Source: a virus. Taken from it: 64,000 bases of DNA. This document shows, in pieces, positions 1-8,015 of this stretch. The translations under genes were made by a program, and so were the position numbers. The DNA is taken from IMG/VR virus record IMGVR_UViG_3300017917_002762, positions 32,001 through 96,000 of that record, one strand, 5' to 3'. Below the pieces are notes generated by a model. The model had not been told where the DNA came from. It was given only the letters and a program-made list of their open reading frames with translations, and did no database searches. Positions within the stretch are counted from its first letter, which is position 1, and every line of letters starts with the position of its first letter.

Positions 1-1
1 G

Positions 2-160
2 GTAAGTTTATATGCATCTCAAAATAGAATTACGCAAGAAGATGTTGAAGAAATTGAACAAGTTTTAGCTTATACATTAGAAGAGCATAAAGTTAAAATT
101 CAAGAAAATCTACAAAAAGAAGATAAAGCATTAGAAGTAATAGATGCAGATGCATTTTAA
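2..160 (+). CDS. 3' end of a gene entering from the left edge (possibly the MoxR-type AAA+ partner of the VWA gene)
   Basis: Open frame VSLYASQNRITQEDVEEIEQVLAYTLEEHKVKIQENLQKEDKALEVIDADAF* ending at TAA 158-160. Product inferred only from the adjacent VWA gene. Confidence 0.5.
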   Translation, partial: VSLYASQNRITQEDVEEIEQVLAYTLEEHKVKIQENLQKEDKALEVIDADAF

Positions 161-168
161 TTTTATTT

Positions 169-210
169 AAAGTGTGTGTAATAATTTTACACACACTTTT
201 ATTTTTTTTT
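169..210 (+). terminator. Intrinsic terminator-like hairpin
   Basis: AAAGTGTGTGTAA (169-181), loop TAATT, TTACACACACTTT (187-199), followed by a T-run. Confidence 0.7.
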
Positions 211-229
211 ATAATTCAATTTAAATTAC

Positions 230-1813
230 ATGGCTAAAATACAAAAAATCAGCACTATTGCTGAAAAAATTAAAAAAAATCAAATAAATGTATCTAACAT
301 AAAAAAGTTTTCTTCAATTAATTATTATGAAAGAAAAGAATTAATTTCTCCTTATTTACATAATATTGATTCTGATATATTACTTAATATGGTAGATTTT
401 AATATTAAATATAGATTTGATAAAACTGTATTTGAAAAATTAAAAACAGAAATAAATATTCATAATGAGACATCTTTAAAAAATGAAATTTTTAATGTTT
501 TTACAAATATTCCAGATGAATTAATAAAAGATATATATAATCAATTATATAATAAAAGTAATAAATTAGATTATAAAAAAAGAGATAATTTAAATAAAAA
601 TAAATATAATATTTTAGATAAAGCTAATGATTCTATTATTAAAATATTAAGTGAAAACTCTAATATAAAAAGTTCAATTTTTACAAATAAAGTAATGGAA
701 TATATTATATATACTTTATTAGTATTAAAACATAAAGATAGAGATGCTTATCAAAATATAGTTGATTCTTTAAATAATCAAAAATCTTCAAATAATAATC
801 AACAACAAGATTCTAACAATAATTCTAATAATGCAAATAACAATCAATCTAATGTTGATGATTCTGATGATGATAGTTTAGATAATAATCAAAACAATAA
901 TAATCAAAATAATAATACTAATAATACTAATAGTGGTAATAGCGTTAGTAAAGTAGATGTTTTAGAAAAAGAATTAAATAAAAACAATAATATTTTTAAT
1001 GATCTTATAGATAAAGGTAAAGATATAATTGAAAATCTTAACACATTATATAATGAAGATGAATTAAATGATTTATGGAGTGATGAATCAGATATATTAA
1101 CTAATGAAATAGAAAATATTGAAAATTTAAGTAAAAAAATAGAAAAAATACAAGTTAGGTCATCAAATATTAAAAAACATATTCAAAAAATATTAGATAA
1201 ATCTTTATCGTATTTTTCTATTAATGAAATTGTAAAATATGATAATTTTTTAGATGATCCTAGTATTAGCGATATTTTAGATTATACATATTTACATCAA
1301 AATTTAAGAAAAGTATTAATTGATGATGTTCAAATTAAAAACTCTAAAAAAGTAGGTAAAGTAGATATTTATATTGATGTTTCAGGTTCTATGGATTGTT
1401 CAGCTTGTATTGAAGATGACCGCACAATTACTAAATTAGATTTTACAAAAGCTTTTTTATTAGAATTAAAAAAAATAAATATTATAAATGATATTTATAG
1501 ATTTGATACTAAAGTAAAAAAATTTAATTATGATAAAATCAAAGTATTAAGACTTCATACTGGAGGAGGAACTGATTTAGAAAAAGTAATTAAGCAAATA
1601 AAAAATAATGATAAAAATTCTATTGTCATTACAGATTGTGAAGATCATTTAGATATTTATGATAAAAAAGCATTTATTATTGGTGTTGCTGGATCTAGAT
1701 TTCATATGTTTAATCCTGAAACAATAGAAGAATATTCAACTAATAATCAAATACTTTATTTTGATGGAATAAATGTTTTAAAAATTGATAAAAGAGGAAA
1801 TCCTACAAAATAA
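230..1813 (+). CDS. VWA (von Willebrand A) domain protein
   Basis: C-terminal MIDAS motif IDVSGSM (DxSxS), TGGGTD and ITDCED; long N/Q/D low-complexity linker in the middle. Confidence 0.8.
   Translation: MAKIQKISTIAEKIKKNQINVSNIKKFSSINYYERKELISPYLHNIDSDILLNMVDFNIKYRFDKTVFEKLKTEINIHNETSLKNEIFNVFTNIPDELIKDIYNQLYNKSNKLDYKKRDNLNKNKYNILDKANDSIIKILSENSNIKSSIFTNKVMEYIIYTLLVLKHKDRDAYQNIVDSLNNQKSSNNNQQQDSNNNSNNANNNQSNVDDSDDDSLDNNQNNNNQNNNTNNTNSGNSVSKVDVLEKELNKNNNIFNDLIDKGKDIIENLNTLYNEDELNDLWSDESDILTNEIENIENLSKKIEKIQVRSSNIKKHIQKILDKSLSYFSINEIVKYDNFLDDPSISDILDYTYLHQNLRKVLIDDVQIKNSKKVGKVDIYIDVSGSMDCSACIEDDRTITKLDFTKAFLLELKKINIINDIYRFDTKVKKFNYDKIKVLRLHTGGGTDLEKVIKQIKNNDKNSIVITDCEDHLDIYDKKAFIIGVAGSRFHMFNPETIEEYSTNNQILYFDGINVLKIDKRGNPTK
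760..950 (+). repeat. AAT/CAA/GAT-rich low-complexity coding tract (Asn/Gln/Asp linker)
   Basis: Encodes SLNNQKSSNNNQQQDSNNNSNNANNNQSNVDDSDDDSLDNNQNNNNQNNNTNNTNSGNS. Confidence 0.85.
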
Positions 1814-1825
1814 AAAAATTAAATT

Positions 1826-2182
1826 ATGATACAAAACAAAATCAGTAAAGAAACATTTGAATTGTCAAAGATTTATTCTTTATGTTCTAATGCTAAGTTA
1901 AGAACAGAAGTATTAATGAAATCTAAGAATGTTGAAGGTCAAGCAAAAGATTATTTAAGACGTTCAATTTTTAACAGATTAAATGCTATTGAAAATGATT
2001 TGAAAGCGTTATTCATTAACCATTCAAAAGATTTAGAAGTAATCAAAGAAGAAATGATAAGTGAAGAAGCTAGTCTTCAAAATGAAAATGTGCAAAATTT
2101 ATTTTTAGCATTACCTAAAGGGATTAGAGATGAGATAGAACGATATATTGAACAAAGACATTTTATTTACACTAACAATTAA
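1826..2182 (+). CDS. Hypothetical protein
   Basis: 118-aa ORF with ATG, A-rich upstream and coiled-coil-like composition; no family recognised. Confidence 0.7.
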   Translation: MIQNKISKETFELSKIYSLCSNAKLRTEVLMKSKNVEGQAKDYLRRSIFNRLNAIENDLKALFINHSKDLEVIKEEMISEEASLQNENVQNLFLALPKGIRDEIERYIEQRHFIYTNN

Positions 2183-2240
2183 AGATTAAATCATGAAGTT
2201 ATTTACAGAATTTGCTATGACGGTCAATTATGTTTGTCTA

Positions 2241-2359
2241 TAACGTTTTGCATATAGGCGAAAAATTTGAAACTAAAACTTAATTTAAAACAATAAATTT
2301 GATACTTATGAAAAATATTCTTATGAAACTAAAACGGCTTTTTTGCCTATGTGCTGTTA
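2241..2359. other. attC-like (integron cassette-type) inverted repeat
   Basis: TAAC-GTTTT-GCATATAGGCGAAAAA (2241-2265) ... TTTTTTGCCTATGTGC-T-GTTA (2339-2359): 16-bp stem with two G-T pairs, 73-nt loop and terminal AAC/GTT boxes. Confidence 0.5.
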
Positions 2360-2586
2360 GCAGTAGTGCTTCACGACATTTCTTGTTTGCAGCAACATTT
2401 AAGTTAGATACTTATGAAACCGCTACACAGAATTTTGGATACGTTAGAAAATCAGATTTCCCAACAATTACAAACTTAAAAGATGTCGTAAGGTCATATC
2501 ATAAAAAGGTAAATGACATTGTAATACTTTCAATTAGTGAAGTTAAAGAAGATGAATTTAAGCGGTTTTTTTCGGAGCAGGATTAA
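2308..2586 (+). CDS. Hypothetical protein whose N-terminus is encoded inside the attC-like element
   Basis: Track ORF 2299-2586 (TTG start); ATG at 2308 is more likely. The stop TAA is followed by C, giving TAAC. Confidence 0.55.
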   Translation: MKNILMKLKRLFCLCAVSSSASRHFLFAATFKLDTYETATQNFGYVRKSDFPTITNLKDVVRSYHKKVNDIVILSISEVKEDEFKRFFSEQD

Positions 2587-2665
2587 CATCTCGCACAACA
2601 CTAAACAAACGAAACTAATTATCCTAAAAAAAATAAATGAAAAATAAAATCGAAAATAAACTAAC

Positions 2666-2689
2666 AAAGCCCTATTAATTTAGGGCTTT
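2666..2689. terminator. Bidirectional terminator hairpin between convergent genes
   Basis: AAAGCCCTA (2666-2674), loop TTAATT, TAGGGCTTT (2681-2689). Confidence 0.7.
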
Positions 2690-2693
2690 ACTT

Positions 2694-3197
2694 TTATATG
2701 TTTATATATCCTTCTTTGTCAAAATCTTTTTTATTGCGTTTCGCTAATAAATCAGATGCTTTATAGCCAAATGATTTTTGAAAGTGTGGCATATCCTTAA
2801 AACGCCAATCACCACCCCATTCCCATCCATAGTTTTTGAAAACAGCTACTACTTCCATCCAATCAGCAATACCATCACCATCAAAATCTATATTTGTTTC
2901 CCAAGATGCAGATTCAAATACTCCATCTTTATTTGTGTCTTTAAGCAATACAATATCAACAGCTAGCCCATAATTATGTAAACTTAATCCAGCAGGTGCA
3001 TTGGTTACTATCTTACCTTTAGTTGTTCTACCTTGAGCATATAGTGCTTTTTGTTCCTCAAAGGTTCTGAGGACATACGCAAATCGGCAGATAGCTTTAC
3101 CTGTCAACGCTCCGTTGATTTTAGCGAAAATACTTTTAAGCTCAGACCTTAGTTTAGGGTGTGCTGTTTCTATCCTTTGGAGTGAAATTTTATCCAT
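2694..3197 (-). CDS. Endolysin, M15 family (L-Ala-D-Glu peptidase-like)
   Basis: R..EEQKALYAQGRT..GKIVTNA, SLHNYGLAVDI (Zn-binding H and D), WGGDW..FKDMPHFQ. Confidence 0.9.
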   Translation of the reverse strand: MDKISLQRIETAHPKLRSELKSIFAKINGALTGKAICRFAYVLRTFEEQKALYAQGRTTKGKIVTNAPAGLSLHNYGLAVDIVLLKDTNKDGVFESASWETNIDFDGDGIADWMEVVAVFKNYGWEWGGDWRFKDMPHFQKSFGYKASDLLAKRNKKDFDKEGYINI

Positions 3198-3354
3198 TTA
3201 GTTTAACTTTTGATTCGTGAATAGGAAATCTAATTTCTTGAAATTCGACAATATAAACGGGTTCAGAATAGCTTATTTTAACCACATTAGAACCTTTAGG
3301 AATTAAAACTCGTTTCTTGTTGTGCCATGCGTTCACATCTTCAAGTAAGGTCAT
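3190..3354 (-). CDS. Small hypothetical protein (54 aa)
   Basis: ATG at 3354 overlaps the spanin TGA (ATGA coupling); sequence MTLLEDVNAWHNKKRV...KVKLNG. Confidence 0.55.
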   Translation of the reverse strand: MTLLEDVNAWHNKKRVLIPKGSNVVKISYSEPVYIVEFQEIRFPIHESKVKLNG

Positions 3355-3866
3355 CGTCTTTGGTTGAAGTGAAACACAACAAATATAGCTAATAGCGCAA
3401 ATGCAATTATAGCCCATTTAACAGCGTTATTCTTGCTATCCAATACTTTGTACATCTCGGAATCTAATCTGTCAGCCTTGCGCTTGTAAAGTCCTAAACT
3501 GAATGTATCTTTCTTTATTATCGTTGTAACCTTTGTAAAGGTATCAACTCTATAACGATTGATGTACTTAGGAACTCTTATAATTCTTTCTTTAGCTGAA
3601 TCACAATCAATTTGAGTAAATAAAGTATCATGCAAATCAGCACCTTTCAAGTAGATAAATGAATCTTTAGTTTTTACTTCAATCTTACTACTACAATATT
3701 CAGCAACATAAAATGGATATTTGCGTTCCATTCTTGCCATCTTCTTAACGGGATTACCACAAGATGAAAGACTAACTAATAACCCTAAAAGAAAGATAAG
3801 GAAGCAAATCCCTATACCAAAGTAAATACCGTATTTAATTCTCTGATTTTGCATAAGTTTCTCCAT
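3351..3866 (-). CDS. Unimolecular spanin (u-spanin)-like lipoprotein
   Basis: N-terminal hydrophobic signal ending in lipobox LSSC-G, hydrophilic middle, C-terminal TM AVKWAIIAFALLAIFVVFHF with a basic tail; sits next to the endolysin. Confidence 0.7.
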   Translation of the reverse strand: MEKLMQNQRIKYGIYFGIGICFLIFLLGLLVSLSSCGNPVKKMARMERKYPFYVAEYCSSKIEVKTKDSFIYLKGADLHDTLFTQIDCDSAKERIIRVPKYINRYRVDTFTKVTTIIKKDTFSLGLYKRKADRLDSEMYKVLDSKNNAVKWAIIAFALLAIFVVFHFNQRR

Positions 3867-4071
3867 TTGCTAAGATTATATTTAAAACTTCTAACCCCAT
3901 CATTAACCATCCGACTATCAACATTTGGTCTGCATCACTTAACCCGAATTTAGATAATGTACCCGTAAGGACTGAACCCGAAGTAACTAAATAAATAATT
4001 CTCTTTGTCTTACGATACCATGCAGGTGCAGGTTTAGCGTGATTGCTTGTGTTTATTGTTGTCTTTGCCAT
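3835..4071 (-). CDS. Small 2-TM membrane protein, holin/antiholin candidate
   Basis: 78 aa with a basic N-terminus and two hydrophobic segments; in the lysis cassette. Confidence 0.55.
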   Translation of the reverse strand: MAKTTINTSNHAKPAPAWYRKTKRIIYLVTSGSVLTGTLSKFGLSDADQMLIVGWLMMGLEVLNIILANGETYAKSEN

Positions 4072-4243
4072 TTCGCATATTGTTTTTAATTGTTAAAATA
4101 TAAGAAGTTAAACCAACAACTGACAAAGCTATCTTTAAAACTAAGTCAATGTTAGTCAATGCAATTACTGGAACAGCGCATATAGTCCCTACAACATTTC
4201 CAATTATATTCAAGAAAATATTGTTTGTATCTTGATGAATCAT
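4034..4243 (-). CDS. Small 2-TM membrane protein, holin candidate
   Basis: 69 aa with two hydrophobic segments and a charged basic C-tail (KNNMRNGKDNNKHKQSR). Confidence 0.55.
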   Translation of the reverse strand: MIHQDTNNIFLNIIGNVVGTICAVPVIALTNIDLVLKIALSVVGLTSYILTIKNNMRNGKDNNKHKQSR

Positions 4244-4248
4244 TTTTA

Positions 4249-4503
4249 TTAACTATTATATCTATTATACTCAATTTCATAAAGCCCTTCACATCCTAAA
4301 AATGTATGCACCCCGCAAGGGTTAGGAAAAACCTTATAGTCCGATAATTCTACAATCTCATCATAATCATAATACACATCAACTGCTTGTTTACCTTCTA
4401 TTAATTCACCTATCTCAACAAAATGAGCGTTAGGGTTAGATTCTAATAATGGCTTTAATTCTTGCCACTTATCTATCGGAAATTCGTACTTTAAAAATCT
4501 CAT
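4249..4503 (-). CDS. Hypothetical protein downstream of the fibre gene (possible fibre chaperone)
   Basis: 84-aa ORF with YKVFPNPCGVHTFLG; function inferred from position only. Confidence 0.6.
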   Translation of the reverse strand: MRFLKYEFPIDKWQELKPLLESNPNAHFVEIGELIEGKQAVDVYYDYDEIVELSDYKVFPNPCGVHTFLGCEGLYEIEYNRYNS

Positions 4504-4507
4504 AAAA

Positions 4508-5899
4508 TTAACTTGTTAGCGATATACATTGAGCTTCTGATAGATGAGTATTCCATAGTGCCATTTGTTGAATGTAAAAAGGAGTGCCTACAGCAATAGT
4601 TCTCAATGTTTCTAAAGCTGTTGGCGTAAATGACGATGTTATTTGTAAACTACCGTTTGCATATACTTTAACATTTAAACCATCCCATGTTATAGCTAAT
4701 TTTATAATACCTGAAGGCAATATATATAACGAGCTTATTGCCCCCGCTACTTGTTTCCACACCCTATTGATAGATGAACCACTATTACCAATCCATATGT
4801 TATCAGCGGCCGCAACAACATTATTACCTAATCCTAATTGTTGTGCTTGAGCAACATCCGTTGGTACAGATTGATTATTCTTCAATTCCACAAACCAAGT
4901 ACCACCACTCGCTGAAATCAAACCATTGGTGTAGATGTTATCACGAGTGTAACTATCTGCATTTCGGGTAGCGGATGTACCATTTGTTGGAATCCATGTA
5001 GTCGTATACGCCCCAAGTTCAATTTGTGGTGCATAAAATCTCATTGTCCAATCATATGCAGTACCACTTACGACATCAATACGAATTTGAACACCCGTAA
5101 ATGCTGTTGATGCATTGTTTAATGTTCTTGTTCCACTAATTCTTGTTAAGGTTGTTATCGTGTTTAAGTTAGCCGTAATACCACCTTGAGCCAAAAACAC
5201 ACCCGATGCATTATATTCAACCGCTTGTATTGCATTTGTTGGAATTGTCCCCGATACCTTTTTGTAATAAAATGAATATGCCCAAGTTTGACCACTTGTG
5301 GCAGCAATCACATTTGTTCCTTCAAACAATATCAAAAAGAATGCACTACTACTTGGAGTACCCGAATACCTAACATCCACATAAGGCAAACCCTTTTCAG
5401 TACCCGTTCCAACAATTTCTTTTGTTAAACCAGGTCGGGTATTAAAAGTCCAGTTTGTTGGGTCTGTTCCTGGTGTACCCGCAACTGCGCCTACCATTGT
5501 GTTATTCCTAATTGAATTAGTCCTTTGCGGTTCATACAATGCAACTGGACAACCGCCTAAAGAATAGTCTAATCTTTGGACTCCTGAAGCTACACTTTCA
5601 ATAACCCCACTTTCATTTGTTCTTGTTGCGGCAGACCCTCTTGTAAATGTTAAATCACCATTACCATTACTTGGAACTTGTGAATAAATAACACCTGATT
5701 TATATCCACTTGGAGCAAGTACAAATGTTGCAGATTGCAAAAGGTTTTTTGAATCTAAATTTGAAAGTGTAGTAACTGCACATGAGTCAGCCTCAACCAC
5801 TCCTGAATTCCATATTACTCTTGATTTGAATATATTAAAAAATGAATGAGAAAAACTCACTACATTACTCAGTAAAACTCTTTTTATTAGTCGTCTCAT
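4508..5899 (-). CDS. Fibre/spike-like virion protein with carbohydrate-binding-like and LamG-like domains
   Basis: GDLTFTRGSAATR...RLDY...CPVALYEPQRTN, APQIELGAYTTTWIPT...ATRNAD and GGTWFVE are typical of phage head-spike/fibre proteins. ATG at 5899 overlaps the upstream TAA (TAATG); track start is 5908. Confidence 0.65.
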   Translation of the reverse strand: MRRLIKRVLLSNVVSFSHSFFNIFKSRVIWNSGVVEADSCAVTTLSNLDSKNLLQSATFVLAPSGYKSGVIYSQVPSNGNGDLTFTRGSAATRTNESGVIESVASGVQRLDYSLGGCPVALYEPQRTNSIRNNTMVGAVAGTPGTDPTNWTFNTRPGLTKEIVGTGTEKGLPYVDVRYSGTPSSSAFFLILFEGTNVIAATSGQTWAYSFYYKKVSGTIPTNAIQAVEYNASGVFLAQGGITANLNTITTLTRISGTRTLNNASTAFTGVQIRIDVVSGTAYDWTMRFYAPQIELGAYTTTWIPTNGTSATRNADSYTRDNIYTNGLISASGGTWFVELKNNQSVPTDVAQAQQLGLGNNVVAAADNIWIGNSGSSINRVWKQVAGAISSLYILPSGIIKLAITWDGLNVKVYANGSLQITSSFTPTALETLRTIAVGTPFYIQQMALWNTHLSEAQCISLTS

Positions 5900-6462
5900 T
5901 AGATACAATCTGTTGTAATCTCGATGAAAAATGATTGCGCATTTGTTGGAGTTAAAGTACCAGTAAATGAATCGACCTCTAACATCCCGTAAATTGTGTT
6001 ATTACTTGGTCTGCTTTCAAATGCTAAAGCCCCCGTCCATAATGCTATTGCTGTATCTGAACCCGAACCCTCTGTACTTAATGCATTAAATGTAATCGTT
6101 CCAATCCTATTTGCTCGATTAGCATACAAAATAGTAAATGGCGCATTGTCAGCTATTGCAGTAGGTTGATTCTTATAAAGATGCAATTTTATGATAGCCG
6201 CATTAGTTGAAGCCCAATTGACATTATTAGTCATTAGTCTCACTTTAGTAATATACCCAAATTGCGAAACGTCAGGAGTGATGCCCGAAAAAGTCAATAC
6301 ACTAGGTGAACCAGTTGAATTACTAATTACGTCTTTCGCTGTGTATGCAATTGGACTTGGTGAGTCTGTTGGTCTATTAAACTCGACCGCTATTACTTTA
6401 TTGTAAAGTTGTGTTAAAACACTATTTAATCTAAGTAAATTATTAAATTTTTGATTATTCAT
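5899..6462 (-). CDS. Conserved phage hypothetical protein (beta-rich, probably virion)
   Basis: 187 aa; AYTAKDVI...LTFSGI...LHLY..PTAIADNAPF; predicted beta-strand-rich. Confidence 0.65.
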   Translation of the reverse strand: MNNQKFNNLLRLNSVLTQLYNKVIAVEFNRPTDSPSPIAYTAKDVISNSTGSPSVLTFSGITPDVSQFGYITKVRLMTNNVNWASTNAAIIKLHLYKNQPTAIADNAPFTILYANRANRIGTITFNALSTEGSGSDTAIALWTGALAFESRPSNNTIYGMLEVDSFTGTLTPTNAQSFFIEITTDCI

Positions 6463-6923
6463 TATTTTTGTTTTTTAGTAAAGTTTTTAAATTGTAAAGT
6501 TAGTAAATTATGCAACCAAGTTAAAGGTCCTTTTGAAAAAGAATCATTTTTATCCATTGCTATAAAATTTTCAATAATAGACAATATTTCAATATAAAAC
6601 AAATAAAATATCAAATATTCTGTAAGTTGTTGAACTTCAATGTTAAAATTACCTAAAGGTAAATTTATAACTTTTACACCTAACATGTTTTGAATAGATA
6701 TTGAAACAACAATACTTCCAAAATAACGTAAAAATTTTGTTACAGTTCTTTGAAAACCTGTGGAAGTTCGCTGAATATTTAGTATCTTTGATTTCCAAAC
6801 TCCAGTTAGCAAATCTATTACCATAGCTATACTAAGCCAAAATATTAAATTAACATCAGGTAAATAAGTTAATTTTAAAGTTGTAAATAATAATAACGAG
6901 CTTAATAATTTCATAAATTTCAT
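6462..6923 (-). CDS. Phage holin, family 4 (PF05105-like)
   Basis: IDLLTGVWKS....STGFQRTVTKF...YIEILSIIENF pattern with three hydrophobic segments. Confidence 0.8.
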   Translation of the reverse strand: MKFMKLLSSLLLFTTLKLTYLPDVNLIFWLSIAMVIDLLTGVWKSKILNIQRTSTGFQRTVTKFLRYFGSIVVSISIQNMLGVKVINLPLGNFNIEVQQLTEYLIFYLFYIEILSIIENFIAMDKNDSFSKGPLTWLHNLLTLQFKNFTKKQK

Positions 6924-7001
6924 TGTAAACTTGTTTTATTGTTAAAAATATAAAGAATACATTTAAAATATAACAAAAATAATTAAAATTAAAAAATTTA
7001 T

Positions 7002-7523
7002 ATGGACACAGAAACTTATAAAGATAAATTAATTGATAAATTAATTAATGAATTTAAAACTAAATTTGAAGAAAAAATAGGAATAGCTCCTATAATTAGT
7101 TTTACAAATTTTAATTTTGAACAAAAAAAACCAATTTCTTTAGAAAAATTAATTGAATATGTTAATACATATATACCAGATAATTTAAAAAAAGAATGTA
7201 TTTCTATTGAACATAAAAAAAGTAGAAATAAATATTTGTACGAAATTCAACAATTAAGATATATATATACAGCAATTGCTTTAAGATTAGGTTATGATTA
7301 TGCAGAATTAGCTAGTAAAATAAATATACATAGAACAACATCTTATGTTTTTTATAAAGAACATCTTAATTTATTAGAAATTGATACAAATTATAATAAT
7401 TTTTATAATAATGTTGTTAAAAATTTAATTATATCAAATTTAAAAAATGGAAATAAATTATTACAGTATTCTCCAGAAGAATTCTATAACTCCGAATCAA
7501 CATTATGTATTGTTTTGTATTAA
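7002..7523 (+). CDS. DNA-binding protein with a DnaA domain IV-like helix-turn-helix
   Basis: LRYIYTAIALRLGYDYAELASKINIHRTTSYVFYKEHLNLLEIDTNY resembles the DnaA C-terminal R.I..YL..L..IG..F..HTTV..D pattern. Confidence 0.55.
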   Translation: MDTETYKDKLIDKLINEFKTKFEEKIGIAPIISFTNFNFEQKKPISLEKLIEYVNTYIPDNLKKECISIEHKKSRNKYLYEIQQLRYIYTAIALRLGYDYAELASKINIHRTTSYVFYKEHLNLLEIDTNYNNFYNNVVKNLIISNLKNGNKLLQYSPEEFYNSESTLCIVLY

Positions 7524-8010
7524 ATATAATTTAAAATTAGTATTAGTAAATAATCCTACAGATATTAAAATACTATTAAATTTAAAATATATTGATGAAA
7601 ACAATCAAATTACTGAATTAGGAAATACATTATTAGATAATTTAGGAGTTTTATTTAAAAAAACAAAAGTTGCTAATAGTTTAGATTTATTAGGTAACAA
7701 TTTTTTAGATAAAATTAATGAATATAAAAATTATTTTCCTAAAAATAAAAGATCTACTACAAATGAAATAAAAGAAAAGTTTGTAAAACTATTTATTAAA
7801 AATCCTAATTTAAAATGGGATGATTTATTAAATGCTACAAAACTTTATTTTTCAGAAGATAGAGAAGAAAAGTATATATATAAAGCTTCAAACTTTATTA
7901 TGGTTGAAAGAAGTGGGATTAATACATCTCCTATTTTAGAATATCATGAAAGAATTTTAGAAGGAGAAAATATTACAGAATCAAAAGTAAATATGTATAA
8001 ATTTTATTAA
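7447..8010 (+). CDS. Conserved protein upstream of the helicase (initiator/loader candidate)
   Basis: 187 aa with KFVKLFIKNPNLKWDDLLNATKLY; directly precedes DnaB. Confidence 0.6.
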   Translation: MEINYYSILQKNSITPNQHYVLFCIKYNLKLVLVNNPTDIKILLNLKYIDENNQITELGNTLLDNLGVLFKKTKVANSLDLLGNNFLDKINEYKNYFPKNKRSTTNEIKEKFVKLFIKNPNLKWDDLLNATKLYFSEDREEKYIYKASNFIMVERSGINTSPILEYHERILEGENITESKVNMYKFY

Positions 8011-8015
8011 TTATA

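Noticed and set aside
760-950. Possible CRISPR array or non-coding tandem repeat
   Set aside because: The repeats are irregular trinucleotides in frame within the VWA gene, with no repeat-spacer periodicity. No CRISPR array was seen anywhere in the window.
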